64,000 nt of DNA from Octopus vulgaris (taxonomy: Eukaryota), in contig OX597816.1 in the NCBI GenBank assembly GCA_951406725.2, forward strand, positions 90,396,001 through 90,460,000. Direction: 5' to 3'. Each line of letters starts with the position of its first letter. Position 1 is the first letter of the stretch. The position numbers were made by a program, and so were the translations under genes. The notes under the pieces are model-generated. The model was not told the origin of the DNA, did not search any database, and was given only the letters and a program-made list of their open reading frames with translations. Below are positions 50,824-63,209 of the stretch, piece by piece.

Positions 50824-52873
50824 TATATGTGCTACATGGAAACTAATATCAGCTGTCCTACAAGTGATATTATGAACTGATTTTGACCCGATTTTTATAT
50901 GATCTACCGAATTTCTGTAGCTTGTTAAAAAAAAGTGGACCGTAAAACTGTTAATTGTGATGTCATTACATTGAGAAGTACTGCCTTTTGACTCTTATCT
51001 GACAACACAGGTTATACTACTTTACAACTCTATGTACATGTATGTAAGCTGCAGAAATATGGTAATTATAATGAATTATAGAGGTAAACGTATATGGTTC
51101 AGCTTATATAAGAAATGATAGAGTTTAGTAATAATCTAGATTACAGTAACTGCAACACTTTTTCTATAATAAATTTGAGAATTGTTTTTACAGTTAGATA
51201 CTCTTCCTATCTCTAATTCACTTAAGTATGATACAATTAGTTGTCAACCAGAGGCAGCTGGCCACTGTATTCCACAAAATAATTTAGCAGACTTTTATTC
51301 ACAAATAACTTACAGGTAACAGTTTTGTTCCTGATGATAAGGTACAGAATTCAATACAATAAATTGATATATGCTCTTTTAGCAAAACTTTGGAGTTACA
51401 TTAAATGGAATTAGAAATATATTGCTTTTATTTCATTTGTTGATGCACTTCAGAGGACCTACTAGTCAAGGTTAGGGGAGTGAATTAGAAAATGTTAAAT
51501 TCAATAGTAATAAGTAAAGTTAGTACACTTAATATTATACTAATTTATTCATTATCTTGTTAAATAATGCAAAAGAAAAAGTTAGTATAATACAGGCAGT
51601 GAAACTGCATAATAAACTATATACCTTACAGTATTTAGTCTTGTATCTCAGCATTCTGAGCTCAGATTCAATTCTGCTTTTATTCTTCTGGAAGCAATAT
51701 AACAAACATCAGGAATATTATAGAGTAGTTCACTCAACTGCATGCTTTCTCTACAAAACTGTGACTTTGTGTCACAATTATTATCAAGGGTATTATTAGC
51801 ATTCTGTTAATCAACTTCCTCACTAAGGGTTCTCTTTTGCCATTTTTTTTGTAGCAAGAGAAGCAAATTTCAGTTTTCTCTTAGGTTATAGTCTTGATAT
51901 TTAATGCTCATGATTGAGTTAATTTTTTTGTGCTGTATTGATATGCAAATTAAGAGTCGATGATTAGATGTTTATATATACACACACACATACACAAACA
52001 CAGAAATATATATATATATAAACATTATGAATTGTTTGTCCTAAAGATACAAATAAATTTGTAACTTAACCTCTAGTGCTTAGATTTCCTCTACACAGTT
52101 CACCAGAAATCTAGTTTCCATGTGGCGGGTGACAAACCCTAAAGAATTTAACCAAAGGTTTAAGGCATGGTTACCCTAAACCTGGTTTAGCTAGCCTACT
52201 AATGCTGTTGTTCAATAGAGGGCATGCTGCTACATGCAGATTATTCATGGAGCCGTAGGTGAGAGCTGGATGCCAAGTGGAAGCCAGTGGCAAATGAGTT
52301 GTCCTGAAAAGTAATTAGTAGAATCTCTACTGAAGGTAGTGTTCCTCCCTCATACTCATACTGAACTAAATATGTGTACATCACATACATTTTTGTTCAG
52401 TTAATTACTACACAGAATTAGGACCACATCTTGGCTATTTTGATTTTTTGAATATTATGACTTAGAGATTTTGTTCACAGCATAGCTGTTGACAAAGATG
52501 ATGTTTTTCATTTGTTTTTCTTTTTTTTAAATAGAAAGATGCTGCTGGCTTGTTTTCATCAGTTTTGCCAAATCCAACTTATGGTATTAGAATATCAATT
52601 GAACATTTGAAGATTCACCAGTTAGGTCAGATAAGGATTTAATAATCAGTTAAATAAATTTCAAGTAAAGCTGAATCAATGCATCAGTAAAGTTAAGTCT
52701 TCTCATCAATATTACATAAAGAACAACAGTTTCACTTATCGTTTGTCAAAATGTAAGATAGTATTTCTCCATTTATGCCATTTCTCTACAAAATAATAAA
52801 AGATACATTTTCTAAAATTAAAAATGGTATTGAACTAAATTTCAGCAAATAATTGTCTTGAAAATGTTCTTAC

Positions 52874-53038
52874 CTGACTTGTTCATTATTCGATTGTACT
52901 GCCAATTGTTCCAGAGTTAATGAACCACTTTTTATCTCTGTTGAGTCACAGTTGGATTTATTAAGCCACCACAAGTGACTGAACCAATAATTGATGCCCA
53001 AATTTCTAGCATCACTGGATCGGAATTGGTGATACCAA
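52874..53038 (-). CDS. JmjC-EF-hand gene exon with distal His ligand
   Basis: aag|T...AG|gtaag, phase 2/2. Encodes (G)WYHQFRSSDARNLGINYWFSHLWWLNKSNCD...NNEQV(R). Confidence 0.9.
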
Positions 53039-53454
53039 CTTCAATCAATATTTCAGGTAAAAAAAAAAATTTTTAATAAAATCAGTGTTAGATTTTGAAT
53101 TAAAAATATTCTATTTTATAGATTATTTTCAGAGGTTGCACATTAGAAAAAAAGGTACTTAATCACTATGTTTAGACTCATCTAAATACTCAAATAACAT
53201 TTTAGAAATTCATTTGATGTTTCAGTGTCTTTCTTTATGTAACCAATCTTGAATTTCATCCAGTAAATGGCTAAGAGTAGAATATTTGTGAATAATTATC
53301 TCATTTAAATTTCTCAGGAAATGCACAAGTACATACTTGACCAATATGGCATTTAAAATAGAAGCAAATATTTTTACAATCTTTAAGAAAAGAAATTATA
53401 TTCCAGAGTTTAATTTAATAGTCAAATGTTGATACAATATACATTTTGACTTAC

Positions 53455-53615
53455 CCATGAGGTATGTAAAGACAATCTCCTTTATCTAAAACTGCAGTGG
53501 ACCAATTCACTTGTTGTAATTTAGGAAACTTTTTCAGATTTACAGCATCAACATCAACTTTACTGAAAGACCCTTCTTGCATAAAGCCATTTGCTTCAAT
53601 CAACTGCTTCTGAGC
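53455..53615 (-). CDS. JmjC-EF-hand gene exon
   Basis: tttag|GCT...GG|gtaagt. Encodes AQKQLIEANGFMQEGSFSKVDVDAVNLKKFPKLQQVNWSTAVLDKGDCLYIPH, the JmjC GDxLYIP motif. Confidence 0.93.
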
Positions 53616-54967
53616 CTAAAAATATAAATGTTTGGGTTCTACTTTGAACATGCAATTAAAAAGTTATAAGATCAAATCTTGTTGATTGTTTATGAAAAAG
53701 GTTTGAATTACAATGTTTCTTGTTCCTTCCTGCTTCCCTTTTCCTTGCCATACTCCCCCAGACTCCCCTCTTACCATTCACTCATCTCTCAGCCTATGAT
53801 CATCATCCATTTTCTCTTTCATTTTCGTTACAGGAGTAACTTTAAGGCCTGAGCCTTCCAAGTTGTGAGAGCTGGTGTCATGTATAAAACGGCTGGCATT
53901 AGAAAGGACATCCAGCCATAAAAACTATACAAAAGACATTGGTGCATGATGCAGCCATCAGACTCAAAACACCATGTCAAACGGTCCATCCCATGCTGGC
54001 GTGGAAGACAGGTGTTAAATGATGATATCGATGATGCAAATTATTACATAAAAAGTTCACATATTCCACTTAGGTACTTATTTAATCAGCCTGAATGAAA
54101 AACCAATGTGAAAACATAAGTGAATGTAAGGCATTGCACAGTTATTCTTGATCATCATAAACAAATTAACCTAAATATCAATGAAAAAAAAAAAAAAAAA
54201 AAAAAAAGCCGCAAGCATAACTATAAGGTTAGAGAGCTCACTTTATAGCCTTATGTGGTGTCAGGTTCCATCACATTGTGTGGCACCTTGGGCTAGTGTC
54301 TTATACTTTAACCCTGGCTTGACCAATGTTTTGTGAATGCAATTGGGTAGACTGAGATTGTACAGAAGCCTATTATGTGTATGTGAGTGCTTATTTTCAT
54401 GTGTCTTCATATTGACACCATATGAGCAATAGTGATATTACATTTGCATCTTGTGTAAACAATATGTCCTGTAATTTGGTAGTTTTGACAGATGAAAACT
54501 ACTGGATTAAAAATACCTTACTTGAAAAACAAATACAGATTGGCAAGAGGAAGGCATCTAGTCATTGAATACTCCCTCAATAAATCTCCTTGCATCTAAC
54601 CCATGCCAGGATGGGGAAAAGAGAATGAATGATGAATGAGAAAAGAAAATATAGTACCACTTTAGCATGTAGTCTACCTGGCCATTTACACTTTAGCATG
54701 CAGTCTACCCTAAACCCTTAATTCATATTAGGTAATTTCACAGCTTAGACTGTGGATACTGCAGTAGACTGGAGTAGCACTAAAAATATGTTATAAAATG
54801 AATGGATGATGAGGAAAATGTAGAGTTTTAATTTTATGTGAAATTGTTAACATGAATTCAATTTGGTAAATAGTATTATCTGGATGCTTATTGAAGTTAG
54901 ATTCATTTGATAATAGACATCAAAGGTAAATGATAAAAAAAAATTATTCAGGAAGAAACTAAATTAA

Positions 54968-55365
54968 CCCCTTACCCAACAATTATTTTGAAAATAAATG
55001 TATTTTTTCAGACATATTTTTTATTGTTTTATTTTACTATGTTTTGAATGGTGATTTCGAGGTATATTTCAAACCTTATTTATTATTCATAAAATGTGCC
55101 TTCCAACCCTTCGACTGTCTCCAGGTGACTAAATCATACTCGGTCTTCAATGCCTTACTCATGCGAAAGGTGGCAGAAATCGTCACTGCCAGACGTATAA
55201 AGTGAGCGAATATACTCGTATATGTCAAAAAAGAGTTTATAATAGACAAAGGAACTCGTTTGCTGTCGATTTTGGCAAGTCTATCTTTTGACGAGTTAAC
55301 TCGCCAGAGATAGAAAAAAACGATTTCGGTCAAAACGCATATATTCGTTTCTACCGGGTAAGGGG
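54968..55365. mobile_element. piggyBac-type MITE
   Basis: TTAA|CCCCTTACCC ... GGGTAAGGGG|TTAA, perfect 10-bp TIR with TTAA TSD. Confidence 0.85.
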
Positions 55366-57155
55366 TTAAAGCAGAGTATAATCATAAGTTTTGGTTTGTA
55401 GATATCACAGCTTAACATGGCTAAGTAGTCAGTCAAAATGGGGATACATGTGCATAGAATAAAAGGTCATATACAAATAGGTAGAAAAAGTATTCACCCC
55501 CCCACCCTAAAAAAAAAAAAACACAAAGAATTTATGCACCACACACATACACACAGAGTCATGACTATATCTTACATAGTGTAAACATTATCTGACTAGA
55601 ACATAATGCATATTTGATATATGTATTATATCAGGAGTCTACTTTGTGTTATATGCTTGGCTGTTCATAATATTCAAGAAGAGCCAAAGTTAAAACTGAG
55701 ATTTTTTTTATTAAAAAAAAGTATGACTGTACAGGAATGTAACTGTTTTCATTAAGTTCTTATAAAAAGATATATGTTAGTTGGAGAAGTGCTATGCACT
55801 GACAGTTTTAAGGTGCCCACAACATAGAAAAACAGGAAGAAATAGTGAGGTCATGTCTGAAGTTGGTAGACTTCTCACATGAAATTACAAAGGATAGCAA
55901 TTTGTGTTAACATGCCAAATCTGATGAACTAATGCATGAGAGATAAAGCAGATATCATGAGGACTATGGTGATGATATACAGACATATTTTCTTTTCCTT
56001 TTATTCTCTTATAAGCTCTAAGTAGTTCAACAAAATATCAAAATCATTAAAAGTGTATCACATAGAAATAATTGAATAAGTGGTTTCAAAATCAAGGAAA
56101 ATATTTAAAAAAAGAAGAGAGAATCAGACAGAAAAAGAATGAAAAATAATAAATATACATATATGGATCCAACTCATTCCAGCTAAGGAAAGTTGACACA
56201 GGGGCATTTGAGAGAAACCAGATTGCTTTTGGGCCTTGAAAGGGGTGTGGGATCTTGCAAAGTTAAAAATAAGGATTTTATCTATAATTTTTATTAAAAA
56301 AATTTTTTTTTAGAGGGAGTAGTCCAGCAGATAGTCATGAGCTTAGGCTCTTGGAGCCAGACGGATATATTGGCTAAATCCCACTCTTATAGGCTCCAGT
56401 GCTTTGTAGTAAAGATTGTTTGCCAACATAACATGGCAATCCTGGTTTAGGACGAACATTGCTGAATATCTCACACTGTGAGATTTAAAAATAGTAATTT
56501 TCTAATTTATAAATCAGTGACTAGTTGTCACTTTGAAAATTATATATTTCTAACAGGAATTTGGCAGTGCCACCTCTAGCCAAACAATTATTCTGTGCTG
56601 ATGAAGGGAATTAACCTGGAAATTGTGATACACAGGTATTGTTTTGAGCTGAGTAGGGGTGCTAGATTCCCTTGTTCAAAAATATAAGGACACAGATCAT
56701 GTCGTATAGCCAGCTGGAGACGATGTCTCCCGGGGCTAAATTACAGCAACATTCGTCCTAAACCAGGACTGCCATATTATGTTGGGAAACAATCTTTACT
56801 ACAAAGTGCTGTTGCTGAATATCTCACATGAGATTTTAAAATAGTAAATTTTCTAACAATTAATTCTTAACTATTCATGAATTTAGCATGTAATTAACCT
56901 TGTTGACAGAGTATCAATAGAACAGAATGGATTGGCTAAAAGTTATGCATCTTCAATTTGTCATTACTGCTATATTCAAAATTTGCTTGGAATTAAATGT
57001 AACTTACATTTCAATGTTAAAGTTGGATAAAGCAGGCCACCACTACTAGTCTTATGAAATCTCTTCTTGGAGAACATCTGCCAGTTCACAGAGGAAGTTA
57101 CAAAAAGAAAATAATGAGGGACCTCAGACAATAACATATACTTTTTACATTTTAA

Positions 57156-57369
57156 CCCTTTCGTTACCATATTTCTATTGAAATATGCTGTCTTTGTTTC
57201 AATTATTTTTAACAATAAAGAAGAATTTAGTTAAATAACTTTGTCACTATTAAGCTGGTACTTGGAACATGAATTAATATAAAATTTTGATGGAAGGTTT
57301 TAATTTATATAACTTTAAAACAGGAAACTTGTATCAAGAGCATTGTCCAGTAGGTTGATATCAAAAGGG
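57156..57369. mobile_element. piggyBac-type MITE; relatives at ~38040-38250 and ~58925-59136
   Basis: TTAA|CCCTTTCGTTACC ... GATATCAAAAGGG|TTAA. The internal sequence is shared with the two other copies. Confidence 0.8.
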
Positions 57370-57663
57370 TTAACATAGAAAATTAACACATGTAAAATAC
57401 TAATAACAAAATTTATATGCATGCAAAGCTTATACATTTACGGAGAAGGAAGTACACAGAGATGAGCTAAGGGATGCAGTGAAATAAACTTTAATAGAGA
57501 AGTAAAAGGATAAAAATTAAATGATGAGTGAAAAAATAGAGGGAAGAGAAAGATTTTGCAAAAAAAAAATTCTAGTCAAAAATAAAGAAAAACGTAAAAA
57601 AAACATAGACAATACTAAAAGCTTGTGTTCTTGAAAAAAAATCATTCATTGTCCATACTTAAC

Positions 57664-57833
57664 CTTATTAAAAAGAAGAACAACTTTCTGACCATCTAAT
57701 ACACAATTGATGTTGTCCATATCATCAAAGTGTAATACAGACCGTGTATTACCATTGCTTAACCATAAGACACTGTCTTGTAATACCTTTTGGAAACCAC
57801 CACAATTCAGTAAAAGTGGAACTGTAACTTCAT
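57664..57833 (-). CDS. JmjC-EF-hand gene exon with HxD motif
   Basis: ttccag|AT...AAG|gtt, phase 1/0. Encodes (D)EVTVPLLLNCGGFQKVLQDSVLWLSNGNTRSVLHFDDMDNINCVLDGQKVVLLFNK. Confidence 0.93.
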
Positions 57834-60800
57834 CTGGAAATTAAAAGAAAAAAATTTATAATACAAAGGAAAAAAAAAAGTAAACTTAGAAAGAAAAGAA
57901 AAAAAATAAATAAAAAGAAATGAATCACCAAAAATAGAGAAATGAAAGAAATTAAAAGAAAAAAAGAATTTAAAAGAAATCTGGTTATAGAGAAGAAAGT
58001 CTTTTAAATGTTTTTGACATTTATTAATCACTTTAGAATGCATTATTACATTTTAGTAAGCAAGCTGAATATTAATGTTAATGCCTAGTTCTCATAGCAG
58101 AATTAGCCAAAAATGTAGAGATGAAGTTCCATACTTGGAAAGAAAACCTAGAATTAAATCCCTCAAAGTAAACACCTAGAAAAGACTCAATGTTTAATTA
58201 GCAGGAAAGAAGATAGGGTCCTGCTGTTGATTGGAAAGTGGTCATGTGGATTATGCAGAAAAGGTGTAGGTAGGAAATTCATATGATGTACCTAGTGTGA
58301 AGAAGAAATGTAAATTGATTACAAGCAGGTTAAAAGGGAAGGTAGGATTCTTATATTACAGATGTACAGGAGTAGTGAGCAGCAAGAACAAATGTTTTGG
58401 AAAACATAATCTCAGCTGACAAATGAACTGATTGTCAGTAAGAGGTGAACACTTGGGTAAAGACATTTTTTCTCTTCTAGCATGCAATGTTAGAAGCAAT
58501 GTTGTCTTAGTGACAGTTACTAATCTTAACATTATGCATTAAAAGGCTGGTGTATGTCTAATTAAGAATAAAGTTCATGGCTATATTTTGTGGAGATGCA
58601 AGAACTGAACCAGGTTATTTTACTTTTCCTAATCCACTTTGGGGGTTGGGGCAGGGATCTTCCATGTACACTAATTTCTTGCTAAAGCCACTCTTCACAA
58701 TCATTGTAAAGGGCTGTAGTTCTATCTAAAATATCTGTCAGAGGATAAATTAAAGATTCTTCTACTAGGGCCAGTTACTAAGTTTCTAATTAAAACTTGG
58801 GAGTGAATAGTGATTTCTGTTAATATATTACAGCCTCCTCATAAGGCTTTATAGAGATAATATTTGACTGTCTTAAAGTAATGTCTGAGAAAATGAGTGT
58901 ATTTACATTGTGCTGATATATTTCACCCTTTTGATACCAAAACACTTGATTTCATCTTTGTGGTTGTATGTTACCAACTTCCTGAGTTAGGATGAACTAA
59001 ATTAAAACCTTTCATTGGAATTTCATGATAATTTGTTCTAAACGCCAGCTTAAAAATGTCAAGGTTATTTTACTAAATCTTTCGTTATTTTCAAAATTAA
59101 CTGAAACAAAGGGAATGTATTTTCAACAAAATGGTTAATTCAAACATCTTGAAGATTCCTTTAAAATTCTTCACAAGTTTATCTGTGGTGTGTCCATTGG
59201 CATTGCTTAAAATTATCAGGCTATCATCCCCTTAAAAATCCAAGCTGTTGGAAGGTATAGATTTCTTGAGGATGTCCAGTATAAGTAATCCTTAATCCAT
59301 AACCTCAGCACTCTTGTAACTCTCCATAAAGATTTTGAACTGTGGGTCATCTTTCTTTTTAACTTGGTAGAAGTCATCATGATATTAGTATGACTTGCTA
59401 GCATTTATGATTCTTTTAATATTGTAAGTAATTCTAGTGAATTTCCTCCAAAAGTTCAAGGTTTTTAGAAGGGGAAGAATAGGAAGCTTTGATAGCAAAT
59501 TGAGTGAATCTTCAAGCTAATTTGTTCTCAGTACTGCAAAATTAGTTGATAATGGCAGAGCTGCAGTTAATCTAGCAGCCCTTCTAATATCAGAATTGAC
59601 AATGTTCAGTATACACTTACTATGCCTCATTTATAAAACAATGGTTGGTCTAAGCCCAAAGTCAAAGACACTTGCCCGAGGTGAAATCACACAGCCATGC
59701 TATTTCCTTTCTTATTTTATGAAAACATGTTATTGGATAACTTATATGGCTGCTCTGAATGATCAGAAGGAACTAAACGGTCATTCAATGATGACCATTA
59801 AAAAAGTGCTTTCTTGTCTTATATGGTCAAGGTAACATAGATCATCATCATCATCGTTTAGCGTCCGTTTTCCATGCTAGCATGGGTTGGACGGTTCTAC
59901 TGGGGTCTGTGAAGCCAGAAGGCTTCATCATGGTGCTTTTTATGTGCCACCGGCACGAGGGCCAGGCGAGGCTGCCAACGGACACGAAACGGGGCGGTGC
60001 TGGCAACGGTCGCGAAACGGAAAGTTCTCTAGTTGTAAAATATATTAAAATATATTTTATGGCGTTAAAATGTTATACATACTGATATGTATGTGTGTGT
60101 CTGTGAGTGTGTAGTTAAATCAAATAAACCAACATCAAAAATAACAATAATAAACAACAAGAGGACATGTACATGGAATGTATTAGCTTGATGTTCAGTA
60201 AGAAGAGAGAGCTTCTGAAGATTTGAGCATAGCTCTTCATCAGAGAGAAAACTGAAAAGGCCAAAGAGAAAAAAATCACCAACAACACATGTGCAGTTAC
60301 AGAGAGAGGTGGGGATATGGATGTTAAACAATGATGATGATGCATGTATGTATGTTATGTATGTATGTATATATCATCATCATCTTTTAATGACTAATGA
60401 TTTGTAGGTATGTGGTATTTCATTATACAACCATAATACACTATAAATATATTAAATGTTTTTATAAGTCAATATCACATTCTACTGTATTAGTAGTGCT
60501 TTCTTTCATGATTTTAAGGTAATTTCGACAGATATTCTGTAGAAATTATAGCCAGCACTGATTTTTTGTTACAACGTTTCATATTGAGACGTTAGATGTA
60601 AACAAACAATGAGTCTGGAGACAAAATTGGGGTTTTTGGGGTTTTGCCCCTTCATCAGCACTCTATAACCCATTCTTACCTCCAAACATATTGCTTATAT
60701 AGCCACCACATCCAGTGGTGTTAAATTATTGGATATACCAATTTACATATTAAACACATTCCTAGAACTGGTACGTAAAGACTAATGATTTGTAGGTATG

Positions 60801-60851
60801 TGGTATTTCATTGTGCAACCATATTATACGATAAAGTATATTAAATGTTTT

Positions 60852-61156
60852 GTGTGGAGGCACATGGCCTAGTAGTTAGAGCAGCGGACTCGTGGTCGAG
60901 GGATCGCGGGTTCAAATCTCAGACCGGGTGATGTGTGTGTTTATGAGCGAAACACCTAAGCTCCACATGGCTCCGGTAGAAGATAATGGCAAACTTCTGC
61001 TGACTCTTTTGCCACAACTTTCTCTCACTCTTTCCTCCTGCATCTTGCAGCTAGCCTGAAATGGACCGGCGTCCCGTCTAGATGGGGAACCTATACACCA
61101 AGGAAACCGGGAAACCGACCCTAATGAGCCAGGTATGGCTTGAGAAGGAACAAACA
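60852..61156 (+). mobile_element. Full-length tRNA-derived SINE with 14-bp target-site duplication
   Basis: A box TGGCCTAGTAG and B box GGTTCAAATC. Flanked by ATATTAAATGTTTT / ATATTAAATATTTT. The uninterrupted site is visible in the duplicate at ~60448-60470. Confidence 0.9.
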
Positions 61157-61635
61157 ATATTAAATATTTTATAAGTCAATACCATGTTCTACAAGTCTTT
61201 ACATAGAAGCTCCAGGATTGTGCTTAATATGTAAATTGGTATATCCAATAACTTAATAACGCTGTATGCAGTGGCTATATAAGCAATGTGTTTAGAGGTG
61301 AGAATGGGTTAGATGAGTGCTGATGAAAGGGAAAAAACCTCTGAAATATGACACCTATTTTTGTCTTCAATTTCACTGTTTGTTTAGAATATCTGTAGAA
61401 ATATACCATAACAAAATCATCTTTTAATGTCCATCATCCATGCTGGCATAGTTCCTTAATGTCTGGTTTGGCATGGTTTCTATGGTTGGATGCCTTTCCT
61501 TATCTGACCAGTTTACAAAGTGAATTGGTTACTTCTTTTGTAGCCCTAACACACATGAAGATTAAGATTCCTTCAACTGAGTGGAGCTATAGTAGAGAGG
61601 AAGATGGTTTTTTGCTAGAAGATTATAGGTTAGAG

Positions 61636-61932
61636 CAGGGGTCCTCAACTGGGGTCCATGAATGCAATATAATAAATTGAGGGTCACAGTAATTTTTCAG
61701 GGGCAATGATGATGATGAATGAATGAAAAAATCATGCTTCAGACCAGTAGAATTTATGTGGTTATATTCTACAATACACAAAATATTTTAACAATTTTTA
61801 TACAAGTCCTAATAAAATTTAATTAAAAAGATACAATAGCATTTTTAAAACATTGAATGGTTATGGATGATCCACCCAAGCAAAATAGGAATCAAAGAAG
61901 TTCATAGATCAAAAAATGGTTGAGTACCCCTG
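61636..61932. mobile_element. hAT (Charlie-like) MITE
   Basis: TIR CAGGGGTCCTCAAC / GTTGAGTACCCCTG, with 8-bp TSD GGTTAGAG / AGTTAGAG. Confidence 0.85.
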
Positions 61933-62107
61933 AGTTAGAGTATGAAAGAAGGGGCATGCCAGCACACATGTATAGCATGATGTGTACAAATGAATACTAA
62001 AAGAAAGTGAGAAAGGAAATTGAGTGAACAATGAAGTGTAGTGAGAGAAGAGACAAAGACTTCTGGGTTAAATAATGAAGAAGCATTTAAAATGTATATG
62101 ATAGTAC

Positions 62108-62259
62108 CTTTCATCTCATTGAGAACACTTTGTACCATATAGATATCATTTGTTGCATATGCATCTAAAAACGTTTTTAAGTTGTCATGTTTAGGCTTGA
62201 GAGAACGGTTTTCTTTTTTACTTTGCTCAACACGGACTTTTAAGTTACCATATTTTTCA
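62108..62259 (-). CDS. JmjC-EF-hand gene, most 5' exon found; earlier exons probably outside the window
   Basis: tatttcag|T...G|gtact, phase 2/1. Encodes EKYGNLKVRVEQSKKENRSLKPKHDNLKTFLDAYATNDIYMVQSVLNEMK. Confidence 0.85.
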
Positions 62260-63175
62260 CTGAAATAGAAAAAGAATATTACAATAATTAATTTAAATTC
62301 CAAGATAGATAAATACTAATAAGTCTATATAGATACATGCGTGCATACTTGATGAGTTGTTATAGTGTCAAATAACAAGTACAATGTTAATTCATTTGAT
62401 CTTTGAGTTAGGTTTGTAGCCAAAGAACATTGACTTAAAAAATAAAAAATAAAAAAAAGTAAAATTAGATATTGCCACACTCTGGCAGAACATATAATAC
62501 CAAATATCAGCTTTGACAGTTGACAAGGATTTAGTTTTAAAACTTTGTTTAATATTTTGAAAAACAAATCAAATCACAGTTAAACAAATATCTAATTCAG
62601 AAACACAACACATTAAGCCAGCTGGTGGGCTAGCACAGACTATTCATATTATTTAAAATCAGAACTCAAATTTTCAAATATCCAGCTGATGTCAACCTGA
62701 ATTTCATCCATGATCAATTGATGTTATTTTTCTGACATTTTTTTAATTATTAATTGCCACAAAGATTATAACTGATTTACTGATTTTAAACAGATTTTAA
62801 AAATTAATTAAACCTATGACGATGCATAATCTGTATAGAACATTTTAGTGGTCATTATATAATCTTGAAATCCCATGTGCATCATTTATCTTTTACTTGT
62901 TTCAGCCATTGGACTATGGCCATACTGGGAAACTACATTGAAGGGTTTTGTTAAATGAATCAACCCCAATACTTCTTTTCTAAAACTTGGCACTTATTCT
63001 ATTGGTCTTTTTCGCCAAACCACCAAGTTAAAGGGATATAAATAAATCATCACCTGTTGACAAGTAGTGGTGAGGGATAAACACAAACACACACACACAC
63101 ACACACACAATAAGTTCCTTTTGGTGATTTGCTGTATTTGAGATATGTTGAGCTAAGTGAAATTGCACCTGTGTT

Positions 63176-63209
<34 letters not shown>

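Noticed and set aside
60860-60930. tRNA gene
   Set aside because: The A/B boxes belong to a SINE head with body, tail and TSD. No complete cloverleaf.
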